64,000 nucleotides of DNA from a virus (Duplodnaviria; Caudoviricetes), in IMG/VR virus record IMGVR_UViG_3300014205_000180, positions 86,989 through 150,988 of that record; one strand, written 5' to 3'. Position numbers and translations under genes: made by a program. The first letter of the stretch is position 1. Every line of letters starts with the position of its first letter. The notes under the pieces are model-generated. The model saw only the letters and a list, made by a program, of their open reading frames with translations, ran no database searches and was not told the origin of the DNA. This document shows positions 1 through 11,154 of the stretch, one piece after another.

Positions 1-716
1 CAATAGATATGATTAGATTAACTGAATTGTCACTAAAATATGGATTTAAAATAATTGAAGATGGATGCGAGGCATTAACATCAATTGCTAATTATAAGCC
101 AGTAGGAAGTTTTGGTGAAGCATCTGTATTTAGCATGTATGGAAATAAATTAATAAGCTGCGGTGAAGGTGGAATGATATTAACAAATGATGATAAAATA
201 GCTGACAGATGCAGATTGTTAAGAGGTCAAGCGCAACAACCTGGAAAAAGATTTTGGCATTGTGATATTGGATATAATTATAGAATGACTGGAATGCAGG
301 CAGCACTTGCCAATTCACAAATTAAAAGAATAAAAAATACTTCATTTAAATTAATACAAATAGCAGAAACATACGCTAGATTATTTGGCGATAAATTCAT
401 AACACAAAAAACTCCATTCTTTGGTCATTTTAATTCATGGTGGATGTTTTCGATATTTAATAAATCAGATAGTGATTATTATGAAAAAACGTCCAAACGG
501 CTTAGTGCATGCGGATATGATTCAAGACCGATATTCCCGCCAATTCCACTAATGCCGCCATGGAGCCATCACGAATTGACAGAAAATGATTTTCCTGTAG
601 CTGTGAAATTATGGAAGCAGGGAATAACTCTTCCTGGCGGTCCAGGCATAGAAATAACAGAAGTTGAAAAAATTGCTAAAATTATCCTAAATGATTATTC
701 TTCCTCTTATAAATAA
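1..716 (+). CDS. DegT/DnrJ/EryC1/StrS PLP aminotransferase, perosamine-synthase-like (5' end cut by window)
   Basis: IIEDGCEA, SMYGNKLISCGEGGM (PLP lysine), GYNYRMTGMQAAL; frame open to position 1 and the N-terminal part of the fold is missing. Confidence 0.88.
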   Translation, partial: IDMIRLTELSLKYGFKIIEDGCEALTSIANYKPVGSFGEASVFSMYGNKLISCGEGGMILTNDDKIADRCRLLRGQAQQPGKRFWHCDIGYNYRMTGMQAALANSQIKRIKNTSFKLIQIAETYARLFGDKFITQKTPFFGHFNSWWMFSIFNKSDSDYYEKTSKRLSACGYDSRPIFPPIPLMPPWSHHELTENDFPVAVKLWKQGITLPGGPGIEITEVEKIAKIILNDYSSSYK

Positions 717-1302
717 ATATTGGCCTATTTTGTGGTTTAACACTTGAAGCTTCACCAGCAAATTTTTTCTCAAAATATTCAATGTATCCATGGAAGAATT
801 TTGGACCTTTAAGTATTATATAATCAGTTTCAATCTTCGTTCTAGTAAAATTAATTATTTTATTTTCAAGATTATTTTTATTAAAATCAACAAATATCAT
901 TTGATGTGGTAATAGCATCAATCCAGGTTTATAAATTTGAAATACTTTATGATAATTTAGTTCTTCTAATGTCACAATTATTTCTGGTTTAACCTCCTTT
1001 ACTACAGTGTTTTCTTTTCCTTGATTTGATGGTTTAACAGGTGCGCGATTAACATTTTCATTATCGAATATTAACATATGCGGATAACGTTCTTTTAAAA
1101 ATTGAATTAACAGTCCAGATTTTCCTGCTTTAGATAATTTGCCATATATTTCTTCCATTTTTACTTTATTATCACCACAAGATTTACCAAGTTTTAAAAA
1201 ATTTATTAATTCATCGTGATATTCAATAGATATAGATTTTAACCATTCTTGAAAATCATCACGTCTTGATAATCCGCAGAATCTTGTAACGTCTATTTTC
1301 AT
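682..1302 (-). CDS. hypothetical protein
   Basis: 206-aa ORF ending the minus-strand run; converges on and overlaps the DegT gene. Confidence 0.6.
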   Translation of the reverse strand: MKIDVTRFCGLSRRDDFQEWLKSISIEYHDELINFLKLGKSCGDNKVKMEEIYGKLSKAGKSGLLIQFLKERYPHMLIFDNENVNRAPVKPSNQGKENTVVKEVKPEIIVTLEELNYHKVFQIYKPGLMLLPHQMIFVDFNKNNLENKIINFTRTKIETDYIILKGPKFFHGYIEYFEKKFAGEASSVKPQNRPIFIYKRKNNHLG

Positions 1303-1315
1303 TTAAAATTATCTA

Positions 1316-3376
1316 CTAGTCAGTAACAGGATCAGTCGGATCTAAAATTGGCACAACGACTTTTTTAATTGAAGATTTTGGATCGCCTATTGTTTTAAAT
1401 GCAATATCGTTATTAATATTACTAATTATAAGATCTGAAAGATCCTTATCATAAACTAATCTTATCTTAGTATTTCCATCATCTCTAGGCAGTCCGAAGA
1501 ATCCATCACCATCAACAGTCGGCCAAGCTATTGCAACTTGCTCTCCTAGTACATTCTTGAAATATGCAATGAATGGTGTTGTATCATATTCACCACCACC
1601 ACAGGTTACATCAGTACCAATGCTTCTGAACACCACTATGAACTGAGTTCCAAATATCGATGTGTGAGCAGCGCAAGCTTTACCTATTCTCCATCCACGC
1701 TCATAAAATGCGGCATGTGACGCTCTGATGATTGATGATGGAAGATCTGCTATGGTTGGATCAATTACTACTTCTGTTGTAGCTGTTGGTTCAACATTAT
1801 CACATTTTTCAAAACATTTAGTTGGCTGTATGCACAATCTGACCTTACCATCAATACTTATTATGCTACCATTAGGCGGTGGCGGATTTAAATAAAATGA
1901 TGCTACTCCACCGTAATGCTTAAATCCAATAACATCACCAACATAAGAAGCATTCGCTAATGGTTGATTGAAATAACCTCTATTTTCAGATGTATAAAGT
2001 CTACTGATCTTATTATCATCTTGGTCTTTATCAACAAATTTAACACTATATCTTCCAGAATATCCTAATTTGTCATATTGCGGGCAGCATTCAACTATTG
2101 TTGAAACATAATCGCCAGCAGGTAAATTGACACTTATAGCTCTTTGTTGATTAACATTGTAACTCTTTAAGTCAACAATTAAGAAACAATCTTTGCAATC
2201 GTAAGTGTCTGGATTTGTACCATTAAATCTTGCTTCTCCTTCAGCTTTACCAATATCACCTGGCAAAAAATCATATGGATTTTGTTGTGGATTTGCTCTT
2301 GGATATTTAGTATCATCATCACTTGTTAATTTGAAAGCATACATCGCCTGTGCCGCTGCGTACCTAGCCATTGACCAGCTATTTCTTATCGTCTGATTCT
2401 TTTCTTTACTGTCTATTGCTTCAATCGCGCAGCATAAAGCTTGTTTCTGCGAATTAAACATCTCCATCATTGCATTCAGCCATTTTCTAACAAGATTTTC
2501 TCTCTCAACTTTTGCAATATTTAATAATTCAATAAATCTCTCTTTTATTTGTTCCTGAATCGTAAATGTATCAATATAGAATATTTCAGTTGAACACACA
2601 TTTCTATAACATCCAGATTTACATGGAGCAATACGCTCTTTTAATGCTGTAAGCCACGTAGTCTTTTTATTGACCCAATGTACTCTATTGGGGCATGCTG
2701 TAACATTTCCAACGTTCCCAAGAACAACTATTAATTTTCTTGGATCTTCCGGATCATTTTTTATATCAACAACAACTTTTTTAATTCTTGATTGATCAAC
2801 TAGTGCATAATCCTGTACTAAAGTTCCAACATATGGAGCGTTGTTTCCATCTGCCCCTTTAGGTCCTCTTGGGCCAGTTTCTATATTATCACGTCCTGGC
2901 TTGCCTCTTTCTCCCTGGTCGCCATCATCTCCAGGCATTGATCTGTATTTTATCTTACCGCGTAATTCAAGTTCTTCAACTAAACGACTAATATTTATTG
3001 AAAAGTCTATTCCAGACGTATTTTCATGAATAATAAAATCGACTTTTTCTTTTTCTGATTTATTAATCACATCAAGACTACTTAAAATATTTAAATCATT
3101 CTTTGAACTTTCTATTTTTACAATTCCTTCTCTATAAACAGTATTACATTCATCAGATGTTAAAGTAGTCTGCGGTGGTGGTATCAATAATGAGTTTAAT
3201 TTATTAAAGTCTTCACTAGACATTAATCCATCATTATTAACACTTGCTAATGGAACATTTGATAATCCGATTATTCTTTTCCATGAATTAGTAGGTTTTT
3301 GATATTGATAGTATATGCCACTTGAATATTCAAAAACATCACCATCAGTAGGATCGTCAGGAAACTTTATATTCAT
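1316..3376 (-). CDS. collagen-like, Cys-rich fibre/virion protein
   Basis: PLASVNNDGLMSSEDFNKLNSL fibre motif; Gly-X-Y run GDDGDQGERGKPG...GPRGPKGADGNN; coiled coil; paralogous to 3373-5283. Confidence 0.65.
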   Translation of the reverse strand: MNIKFPDDPTDGDVFEYSSGIYYQYQKPTNSWKRIIGLSNVPLASVNNDGLMSSEDFNKLNSLLIPPPQTTLTSDECNTVYREGIVKIESSKNDLNILSSLDVINKSEKEKVDFIIHENTSGIDFSINISRLVEELELRGKIKYRSMPGDDGDQGERGKPGRDNIETGPRGPKGADGNNAPYVGTLVQDYALVDQSRIKKVVVDIKNDPEDPRKLIVVLGNVGNVTACPNRVHWVNKKTTWLTALKERIAPCKSGCYRNVCSTEIFYIDTFTIQEQIKERFIELLNIAKVERENLVRKWLNAMMEMFNSQKQALCCAIEAIDSKEKNQTIRNSWSMARYAAAQAMYAFKLTSDDDTKYPRANPQQNPYDFLPGDIGKAEGEARFNGTNPDTYDCKDCFLIVDLKSYNVNQQRAISVNLPAGDYVSTIVECCPQYDKLGYSGRYSVKFVDKDQDDNKISRLYTSENRGYFNQPLANASYVGDVIGFKHYGGVASFYLNPPPPNGSIISIDGKVRLCIQPTKCFEKCDNVEPTATTEVVIDPTIADLPSSIIRASHAAFYERGWRIGKACAAHTSIFGTQFIVVFRSIGTDVTCGGGEYDTTPFIAYFKNVLGEQVAIAWPTVDGDGFFGLPRDDGNTKIRLVYDKDLSDLIISNINNDIAFKTIGDPKSSIKKVVVPILDPTDPVTD

Positions 3377-5283
3377 TGGTCACACCTTGCGCAATATTTA
3401 ATGTACACGCTTATCGAACCAGCTAAGTCATCCTTATCGCCAGCTATCTCTAAGTAGATTTTATCATTATCATCAGCAAAAGCTCCAATAGCCATTTCTG
3501 TTATTGGACCAGTTAAATAAGCATTTATTACACCATTTTTATTGTGTGGATCAGTTATCTGGGAAGACATTGGCATTGGTACTTTAACTATTGATTCACT
3601 ATTTTCTATATTCATAACTAATCCTCTATCAGAAACACCAGAACCTACAATATAACCACAATCTGGCTGTGATTTATTATAAACAGTTCCATCTTTATAT
3701 TGAATTATATAAGCGCCACGTGGTAATTCAACACCACCAACGCCATTTTTAATATAGTATTTTGTTCCAGGTACTATTTCAACTTTAGCTAATAACTTAC
3801 TTTGAATTCCTGGGCAGACATCACCATATGTCACTTCACCGCTAGCTTCCAATATTTGTTTAGCATAATTACAAATATCTGATGTATAATTGAAAGAAGC
3901 AGTTGTTATAACTACATTCTGTTCTGCATTATATTCATAGCCATTTGAATTTGTTTTCTTCTGAATTGTATCGCTTATCTTAGCAGCAATTTGTTCATAG
4001 TTATTAAAATCTTCAATTGCGACAGGTGTTACATTACCTCCACCTCCACCTTCCTCAATATTTTCACTAATTCTGCATACACAATCTGCAATAGCGCTAG
4101 TATTAAGTGCAATAGCAGCAAGCTCAGTGGCTATCTTACCATCAATTAAAACTATTAATGAATTAAAAGCATCAAGAAGTTGTTGGCCACAAACACCATT
4201 ATCAGCCAAACCCATGCAATATTCAAAAGTTTCACTAAATTGTTTAGCAGCAAGTTGGGCGACAAGCGAATCTAAAACTTTTCTAGCTTCGTCATCTTTT
4301 TTAAATATGAAATCTTTTATTTCTTGATCATATTCTAATAAATATTTATCAAATATTATTTTATAGCTTCCGATAATTTGATTAACAAAATCTGATAATG
4401 CCTTCCTTGAGATCTCAGTATCACCATCAACCAATTCAGGATTAAAATCTATTGGATAAGCTAAAACACCAACATCAGGTTCTAAATCCATGTTTTCATT
4501 ATCTGGTGCTATTATTTCATAATTAAGCCCATCATTCCATTTTAACGATCTAACTATTGGCATAACAACTAATCTGTCTGCTGGCGTACTATCATCTGGT
4601 ACAGCTAACTTAGCTTTTGTGACAGATAAAATTGATTTTTGCTGATCTAATTCAACACCAACTACTGCTGTATCATAGAATGATTCATCTATCTCAACAA
4701 CTAATTGATCAACAACAGATATTCCTGTAGCATCATTGCCAGGTTTTCCAGACTTACCTTGCGGGCCATCTCCAAACCCATCATCACCATCAGGGCCATC
4801 AGGTCCAGTTACTCCTTTTGGTCCCTTACTTCCCGGCACCTCTATACATAAAGTATCAAGAAACAGTTCACTGAAATTTATGTCTATTGATGGTATCTTA
4901 TCTATTTCTGGAGAGCTTGTAGCTACAGGACATGTTTTAGTTATCAGTTTACCATTCAAATCTCTGCATTTTATATCTAACGTATTAGATTTTAAAACTA
5001 TATCGCCAGTCATTAACCCACTTATTCCATAGCCAGACACTTTTCCAAATGAAAATTTTGTCAATATTCCAAATCCACCAGCTTTCTCAGGGACAGAATT
5101 TAACAAACTTTTAAGTTCAGAACTTAAAAGACCAATTGTGCTTTCATCAGCTAATGGAACATTAGGAACAAACCCTTTAAATATCCAAGTGATAGTTTCA
5201 GCGCTGTATTCCCATTGACGCCTCCATGAATCAGTAAATTTCATCCCGTCAAACGGGACTATTGGTAATTCAGGAGTGCTCAT
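3373..5283 (-). CDS. collagen-like, Cys-rich fibre/virion protein (paralogue of 1316-3376)
   Basis: PLADESTIGLLSSELKSLL motif; Gly-X-Y GSKGPKGVTGPDGPDGDDG..GPQGKSGKPGND; late-type box at 5289-5296. Confidence 0.65.
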   Translation of the reverse strand: MSTPELPIVPFDGMKFTDSWRRQWEYSAETITWIFKGFVPNVPLADESTIGLLSSELKSLLNSVPEKAGGFGILTKFSFGKVSGYGISGLMTGDIVLKSNTLDIKCRDLNGKLITKTCPVATSSPEIDKIPSIDINFSELFLDTLCIEVPGSKGPKGVTGPDGPDGDDGFGDGPQGKSGKPGNDATGISVVDQLVVEIDESFYDTAVVGVELDQQKSILSVTKAKLAVPDDSTPADRLVVMPIVRSLKWNDGLNYEIIAPDNENMDLEPDVGVLAYPIDFNPELVDGDTEISRKALSDFVNQIIGSYKIIFDKYLLEYDQEIKDFIFKKDDEARKVLDSLVAQLAAKQFSETFEYCMGLADNGVCGQQLLDAFNSLIVLIDGKIATELAAIALNTSAIADCVCRISENIEEGGGGGNVTPVAIEDFNNYEQIAAKISDTIQKKTNSNGYEYNAEQNVVITTASFNYTSDICNYAKQILEASGEVTYGDVCPGIQSKLLAKVEIVPGTKYYIKNGVGGVELPRGAYIIQYKDGTVYNKSQPDCGYIVGSGVSDRGLVMNIENSESIVKVPMPMSSQITDPHNKNGVINAYLTGPITEMAIGAFADDNDKIYLEIAGDKDDLAGSISVYIKYCARCDQ

Positions 5284-5312
5284 TTTTATATATTTGAGGT
5301 ATAAACTAAATA

Positions 5313-6140
5313 CTAATTTTCTGGCATCTTAAAAGGAACTGGTGTTCTAAATGATCTTGAACTAATTTCACTTTTATCTAAAAGATTTTCTTCTTTTATT
5401 TCAGATGTTATTGTATTAACATAATCCTTAATTATATTAAATAATTTTAACGAACATTCTTCAACTCTTTGTTCATATTTCAGCTGTGAAACGAAATAAT
5501 CCTTTATTTCTGACCATATAATATCAACCAAAATATACCTCTCAACTGATTCTGATGAGCTTAATCTGAAAAATAGATTATAATTTACTGATAATTCAAA
5601 TTCTGATAATGTTCCTTTATATCTATTTAATATTTCTCCAATATTGGTCCTAATACTATTCGCTATAAATTGTTCTCTATGTTTAAAGTCTGATTCTTTT
5701 ATAATAAGCCATTCGTTTAATGAATCTCTTACTTCAAAATACACAGCTTTAAGAAATACTAATTTAATTAAATTAATACTGTCAGCACTATTTGTTGTGC
5801 CAGTTACTTTCTGAGTAAGCACATTAATCTTAGAATTTAATTCATTAATATTTGATAAACCATTCATGAACAGATTTAACTTAGTAATTTCATCTTTCAA
5901 TGAACTAATGCTATCAGAAATTTTCGAATTAGATGACGCTATCTTGGTAGCTCTATTATTTTTTGCATCTTGATACGATTTAGCTTTTTTGTATTGAACA
6001 ACATAATAAACAACTATACAAATTGCGGCTACTATGCCTAGGACAACAGATGCCCAAATCGCGCTATCGCGTAATTCACCAAAAGTTCTAATTAATGCGG
6101 CGTAATCTTGATCAGCCATGTAATAAATTTGATAAATCAA
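5313..6140 (-). CDS. single-pass membrane protein (holin-like topology possible); probable start at 6119
   Basis: one hydrophobic helix AIWASVVLGIVAAICIVVYYVV followed by basic residues and a soluble helical domain. Confidence 0.55.
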   Translation of the reverse strand: MIYQIYYMADQDYAALIRTFGELRDSAIWASVVLGIVAAICIVVYYVVQYKKAKSYQDAKNNRATKIASSNSKISDSISSLKDEITKLNLFMNGLSNINELNSKINVLTQKVTGTTNSADSINLIKLVFLKAVYFEVRDSLNEWLIIKESDFKHREQFIANSIRTNIGEILNRYKGTLSEFELSVNYNLFFRLSSSESVERYILVDIIWSEIKDYFVSQLKYEQRVEECSLKLFNIIKDYVNTITSEIKEENLLDKSEISSRSFRTPVPFKMPEN

Positions 6141-6153
6141 TAATCATCATATA

Positions 6154-7908
6154 TTAACCTATCCAAGTACCACTTGTTCCGTCGAATCTCTTCCAAACAG
6201 TTCCATCAAACCATTCGTCGCCATGTATTGGATCTCTACCCATAATCTTACGCAGTCTTGGCAGTATGTCATTATCATAATCAAAATTAGCATCATTTGC
6301 TGAATTTACTTTCAATGTAACACTTCTGCACAATAATGATCCAGTATATCCATACTGGTCAATGTCATCATTTTGAGCAAATCCAGATTCAAGAAGATCT
6401 ATTTTGTCACCAAGTCCGATATCAGATTCACAAACATATCTGTTTTTATCAGACGGCTTGATAGGATTGACTCTTCTGGCGGTCGATCCAAGAGAAGCAT
6501 ATGCTTCTCCCATTGTCGGAATCTGCATTGGCGAACGATGTAATGCAAAATCACCAAGCTGAGCATTGAACATTCTATCAGGCGGTTCATTGATTATTTG
6601 CAAGAATGTATCAAAGAATGATTCTATTTCATTGCTTGAATACCACGAATTATTAAGTATTACATATCCAGATCCAAAATTCTGGAAGTTTAACTGCCAA
6701 TCGCTTTCAGAATTTGTCTTTAAAGTATTGAGTGGTGTTATTTCTACCAATGTTCCAGGAGCACTGCCACGAACTAATACTAATGAAGCGAATTCAATTA
6801 ATTCTTTGCTGTTGCTGCCTAATATCGTATTATATGTAGAAAATACAAACTGCAGTTGATTTGCAGCAGGATCTAATCTACGAACTCTGGTGCAAAACAC
6901 TGGATAGTTGTCTTCTAACTCATTACTCCTATCACCAACAGGAGCAGCCATCATAAAGCTATCAAACATGCTTGCTGGAATATAAACAGTTCCAGTAGAT
7001 GAACCTTCAATAGATCCAAGATTTGCGCCTATTCTCCATGGATAATTTAAAGCACTTAATACAGAAGAATAATCAACTCCAATTGGCGGTATTAAATTAT
7101 ATGCACTAGCCACTAACATTCCAGTTCCATGAATTACAGCAGGTAATGAATAATCACCTTCAATTTCAGCGCCACCAATTACAGTATCTGATATTTCATA
7201 AATAGCATAGTCACCAGTAGTTGCAGATGAAGATCCGACAACTGGCGGTAATGCATTAATAAAGTCAGCCTCAGTTTCAACATTTAATGTTCTGAATATG
7301 ATATCTCCAGATATTCCCTGATGTTCACTTGTTGGAATAGCTGGATTAAATTCAGTCGCTGTGCATGGAGTAATATAAACTATTTGGAATGAAAGAGTGC
7401 TATCTATTTTATAATCAACATAGAAGATTCCAACTTCAGAAGATCCGCCAACTGGTATTCCAGTAAATACTAATCTGAATGTTCCAGTTGGAGTTCCGCC
7501 GCCAGTACCACCAGTGCCGCCACTGCCAGTACCACCAGTACCACTATCACCATCAAGTCTAATTATTCTAGCTAATCTTAATGATCTATAAGAAGATTTC
7601 AGAGATACGTGACAATCCCATAGCCATGAAATAGGTAACGAAATCTTAGAAGTTCCAACGTTAACTGTAGGATTGATTAAAAATGGGAACAAACCCTGAT
7701 GACTTAATCTTAAACCAACTTGATCAAGAGTTTTTGCTATGATTAATTGACGTACTGTTAAATCAGCTAATGGTCTATTATAAACATCAAAATAATGCGG
7801 ATCATTTGCAGTTAACCATCTAATCGCAATACTTTCATTTGTAGTCATCAAATGAAATAGTGATCCTGGATTCACTGTAGGAATAAGATTAGGATTAATA
7901 GTTGGCAT
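6154..7908 (-). CDS. putative virion structural protein
   Basis: 584 aa, beta-rich, GTGGTGSGGTGGTGGG linker, in the fibre cluster. Confidence 0.55.
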   Translation of the reverse strand: MPTINPNLIPTVNPGSLFHLMTTNESIAIRWLTANDPHYFDVYNRPLADLTVRQLIIAKTLDQVGLRLSHQGLFPFLINPTVNVGTSKISLPISWLWDCHVSLKSSYRSLRLARIIRLDGDSGTGGTGSGGTGGTGGGTPTGTFRLVFTGIPVGGSSEVGIFYVDYKIDSTLSFQIVYITPCTATEFNPAIPTSEHQGISGDIIFRTLNVETEADFINALPPVVGSSSATTGDYAIYEISDTVIGGAEIEGDYSLPAVIHGTGMLVASAYNLIPPIGVDYSSVLSALNYPWRIGANLGSIEGSSTGTVYIPASMFDSFMMAAPVGDRSNELEDNYPVFCTRVRRLDPAANQLQFVFSTYNTILGSNSKELIEFASLVLVRGSAPGTLVEITPLNTLKTNSESDWQLNFQNFGSGYVILNNSWYSSNEIESFFDTFLQIINEPPDRMFNAQLGDFALHRSPMQIPTMGEAYASLGSTARRVNPIKPSDKNRYVCESDIGLGDKIDLLESGFAQNDDIDQYGYTGSLLCRSVTLKVNSANDANFDYDNDILPRLRKIMGRDPIHGDEWFDGTVWKRFDGTSGTWIG

Positions 7909-7929
7909 GTTAGTTATCCAATTCCTTTG

Positions 7930-8157
7930 TTATATTTTACTAGTAGTAGATTTTGCAGGTGGCTTTATGGCAGATTTTAATAGCTCTGTCCGTAACTTAT
8001 TTTCTTTATCAATTTTAGACCATATATCAACTGATCTTTTAACATCCCTATTAATTTGATTCCATATGACGTTTCTGTCTTTTACTGGTACACCACTCAA
8101 CAATTTTAATAAATATTCAGAAGTAGAACTGGTCAAATCAAGAGTAGTATTAGTCAT
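7930..8157 (-). CDS. hypothetical protein
   Basis: overlap-coupled to the upstream ORF. Confidence 0.55.
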   Translation of the reverse strand: MTNTTLDLTSSTSEYLLKLLSGVPVKDRNVIWNQINRDVKRSVDIWSKIDKENKLRTELLKSAIKPPAKSTTSKI

Positions 8158-8632
8158 CTAATGGTTCTTCTTTTTTCTTTTTTGGATTTTTTCTTGCACA
8201 AATATTGCCATTATATATACCATCCTCGCACTTAGTCAATTCTAAATATTTTGCCGGACCCTTAGTTGATACTAATAAATTTAAAAATTCGTCCAAATCA
8301 ATCAAAAGATCTGTTATTTTTTCAATTGTTGACTGTTTGAAACTTGGTAGCACTAGTGATTTAATATCACTTATCAATACTTCTGTTTTTTTAACTGCTT
8401 CACCACTTGTGATATAATATTTATGTGGATTTATAATTATACCATTATCACATTCTATTGATTTAAATGATCTGGCAATATCTGGAAATATCCAAATCTT
8501 TTTTACATCACTAGTATCTAAACTAGTTCCTAATTTAGTATATGGGATTTTGGCATCCTCATCATCAGCATCTATTTCAATCAATTGTTTTTCTAAAAGC
8601 TCTTCAGCTTCTTGTGAATAAACTAGATTCAT
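8150..8632 (-). CDS. hypothetical protein
   Basis: ATGA overlap with the upstream glycosyltransferase-like gene. Confidence 0.6.
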   Translation of the reverse strand: MNLVYSQEAEELLEKQLIEIDADDEDAKIPYTKLGTSLDTSDVKKIWIFPDIARSFKSIECDNGIIINPHKYYITSGEAVKKTEVLISDIKSLVLPSFKQSTIEKITDLLIDLDEFLNLLVSTKGPAKYLELTKCEDGIYNGNICARKNPKKKKEEPLDD

Positions 8633-9654
8633 TTTGTTCCTATATTATTCTCGGCGTTCATGATATATTCAGCAACATTTATCGGATCGCACTTTAAAAC
8701 ATGGCTATTGGCGTATCCACATGATTTCATTGAAATTGAGTCTGATACTCCAATTTCAATAATTGTTGGTGTCGGTCTGGCAGCAGTTGCAAGCATTGTT
8801 ATTCCAGAACCTATTCCTATAACATATCTACATTTTGATAAAACTGCAACTGTCCTTCTCCATGTCATTCCATTAGCTCCAATAGTTCCTTTTATTATCG
8901 ATTCATTTGGACCAGCGAAAGAAATTAACTCAAAACCACGATTTTTCATCAACTTAGCAAATTCAGTGAATTTATCAATATTCCAGTAAGGTTCATGTGA
9001 ATAACTTATATATTCAAGACCTATACATTTTTTATTATTAATAAACTTATTGGCGTATTCAATATCATCATCTGACACAGGAATATTCAGTTTTCTATCA
9101 CCAAGCATTTCACCAATATTTATTTTAGCATTATGAAAAAATTGATGTGAAATAACTGGAAAAGACCAAACATGAGTTTTCCATACTGCACTATAAGGAA
9201 AAACAGATGGACAAAGCTTTAAGTTTATATCATTATAATTATTCATTATATGTTCACCAATTTTAATTCTTTCTTGAGGATTTAAATCAGATGGAAGACC
9301 AAAAACTTTATCAAAATCTTTATTAAGTTCGTAAGCATTTAAATAGTAATTTTTTGTTAAAAAGACAACACAACTATCTGGATATTTTATTTTGTAATGT
9401 TTTACTATAGCTGTTGAATTTGTACTATCGCCAAGATTTCCATAGATTTCTATTAATATTTTTATAGATTTATTTGATGACCTTAAAAATTCAACAGCTT
9501 TATCAACTATTGACAAAGATTCTGACAATTTATCTTTTTTATCATTCATTTTAATGATTACTTGCGATTTCTTATTTCTAGAAATATTTGTTGACTTCTG
9601 CAATGATCTCGTCATATTTTTTAGCGTTGACAGACTTTGCGTTTTGTTTGCCAT
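8629..9654 (-). CDS. GT9/heptosyltransferase-like glycosyltransferase
   Basis: GNLGDS near the N-terminus, W(N)IDKF, TWRRTVAVLSKCRYVIGIGSGITMLATA (GT9 C-terminal signature). Confidence 0.7.
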   Translation of the reverse strand: MANKTQSLSTLKNMTRSLQKSTNISRNKKSQVIIKMNDKKDKLSESLSIVDKAVEFLRSSNKSIKILIEIYGNLGDSTNSTAIVKHYKIKYPDSCVVFLTKNYYLNAYELNKDFDKVFGLPSDLNPQERIKIGEHIMNNYNDINLKLCPSVFPYSAVWKTHVWSFPVISHQFFHNAKINIGEMLGDRKLNIPVSDDDIEYANKFINNKKCIGLEYISYSHEPYWNIDKFTEFAKLMKNRGFELISFAGPNESIIKGTIGANGMTWRRTVAVLSKCRYVIGIGSGITMLATAARPTPTIIEIGVSDSISMKSCGYANSHVLKCDPINVAEYIMNAENNIGTK

Positions 9655-10471
9655 AGCAGTTTCTCATGTTTATTGGATCACCTATATTTATCTCAATTAA
9701 AGGAGTCTTAATATCATCACATGCTGATAAAACTGATAAACCACTACCACAACCTATCATTAGTTTAGCTCTTTGTATTACCACTTTAGCTTGTTTCCAT
9801 GTGCAGCCACGAGCATCAAATCCATAGTTTAGTTTTGGGTCAGCATTTGATCCCATATATATAACTGGAACACTAAATTTAGATAACATCTCATTATAAA
9901 CATCGATCGACCAAGTTGAATTATGTGGAGGTTTTGATAAAGTATAGCTATTGTATTCTAATGCTATGTATGGCCTATTTAATAAGCCATTTTTAATAAT
10001 AAAATTATCATGCCACTGATAATCAGTTATTTCGTGCGGAAGAACTGGTTTTCTTGGAACTCTTAACGTTTTTATATCAGCATTAAATAATACGTTATCT
10101 ATAATATTTCCGCTTTGTGTCCATCCACTAACAGCAACACATGGAAACAATACTTTTTTAAATCCTAATCCATTAACCCATTTCTTTAATTCTTGACGAT
10201 CAGATGGTTCAAGACCATGCGGTAATGGAAATATTACGCACGGAATTAAAGCAGCAAATGAATCAAATTGTTCATAATATTTTTCACTAACTGCCCATAT
10301 TATATTACTTTTTGGATATTCATTTCTATAATGATTAACAATCATGCTAACATGTAAACAATCTCCAAAATTTTTATGACCTTCAATGAATATAGTATCA
10401 CCGATTGGCCATTTATAATTGGCAATAACTTGTTTAATTATTTCTTTTGATCTTTCTAAACTCATTTCCAT
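9578..10471 (-). CDS. GT9/heptosyltransferase-like glycosyltransferase (tandem paralogue); probable start at 10465
   Basis: KNFGDCLH, TWKQAKVVIQRAKLMIGCGSGLSVLSA. Confidence 0.7.
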   Translation of the reverse strand: MEMSLERSKEIIKQVIANYKWPIGDTIFIEGHKNFGDCLHVSMIVNHYRNEYPKSNIIWAVSEKYYEQFDSFAALIPCVIFPLPHGLEPSDRQELKKWVNGLGFKKVLFPCVAVSGWTQSGNIIDNVLFNADIKTLRVPRKPVLPHEITDYQWHDNFIIKNGLLNRPYIALEYNSYTLSKPPHNSTWSIDVYNEMLSKFSVPVIYMGSNADPKLNYGFDARGCTWKQAKVVIQRAKLMIGCGSGLSVLSACDDIKTPLIEINIGDPINMRNCYGKQNAKSVNAKKYDEIIAEVNKYF

Positions 10472-11154
10472 TTGCCTTTAATTTTAGTTTCACGTGCAGG
10501 AACACCAACAACCACTGCGTTATCTGGGACATTTGATGTTACTACTGCACCCATTCCAACAATTGCATTTTCACCTATCGTCAATTTTTCTCTAATGCAC
10601 GCACCAGATCCTATATAAGCACCTTTCTTAATCAAACATGATCCACCAATTGCAGAATTCGGACCAACACAAGCAAAATCTTGAATTACACAATGATGTC
10701 CAATAGTTGCGCCATAATTTACAAGTACATGTGATCCTATTTTAGACATCGGCGCAATTACAGCATTTGGCGCTATTACTGTTCCATTTCCAACATGATT
10801 CGAAAGTATAACAGCGCCAGGAGTTATTATTGGTCTGCCATACTTTACAGGATTAGTAATTGAATTATATAATTTAATAGCATCAGTTACTTCTATATCC
10901 ATTCTAATTTTTACATCTGATTTACCAGATCCTAAATATAAATTGCAATAATCATTTAAATGATCAAAGAAATCGTAGATCTTATGATAAAATTTCACTT
11001 CACAAGAGTCTTTATCTATATCATTAAACGAATCGTCAAAGTTTTCAGAAATTACAGCATACTTACGATTTTGTAGTAACGATATTGAATCTAATTCGAT
11101 TAAATAAGTTAACAATTCACAGGCAAATGGACCACCACCTATTATTACGTTCAT
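10462..11154 (-). CDS. NeuD/PglD/PerB-type left-handed beta-helix sugar acetyltransferase
   Basis: N-terminal IIGGGPFA, hexapeptide repeats, IGHHC, C-terminal VVGVPAR. Confidence 0.88.
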   Translation of the reverse strand: MNVIIGGGPFACELLTYLIELDSISLLQNRKYAVISENFDDSFNDIDKDSCEVKFYHKIYDFFDHLNDYCNLYLGSGKSDVKIRMDIEVTDAIKLYNSITNPVKYGRPIITPGAVILSNHVGNGTVIAPNAVIAPMSKIGSHVLVNYGATIGHHCVIQDFACVGPNSAIGGSCLIKKGAYIGSGACIREKLTIGENAIVGMGAVVTSNVPDNAVVVGVPARETKIKGKWK

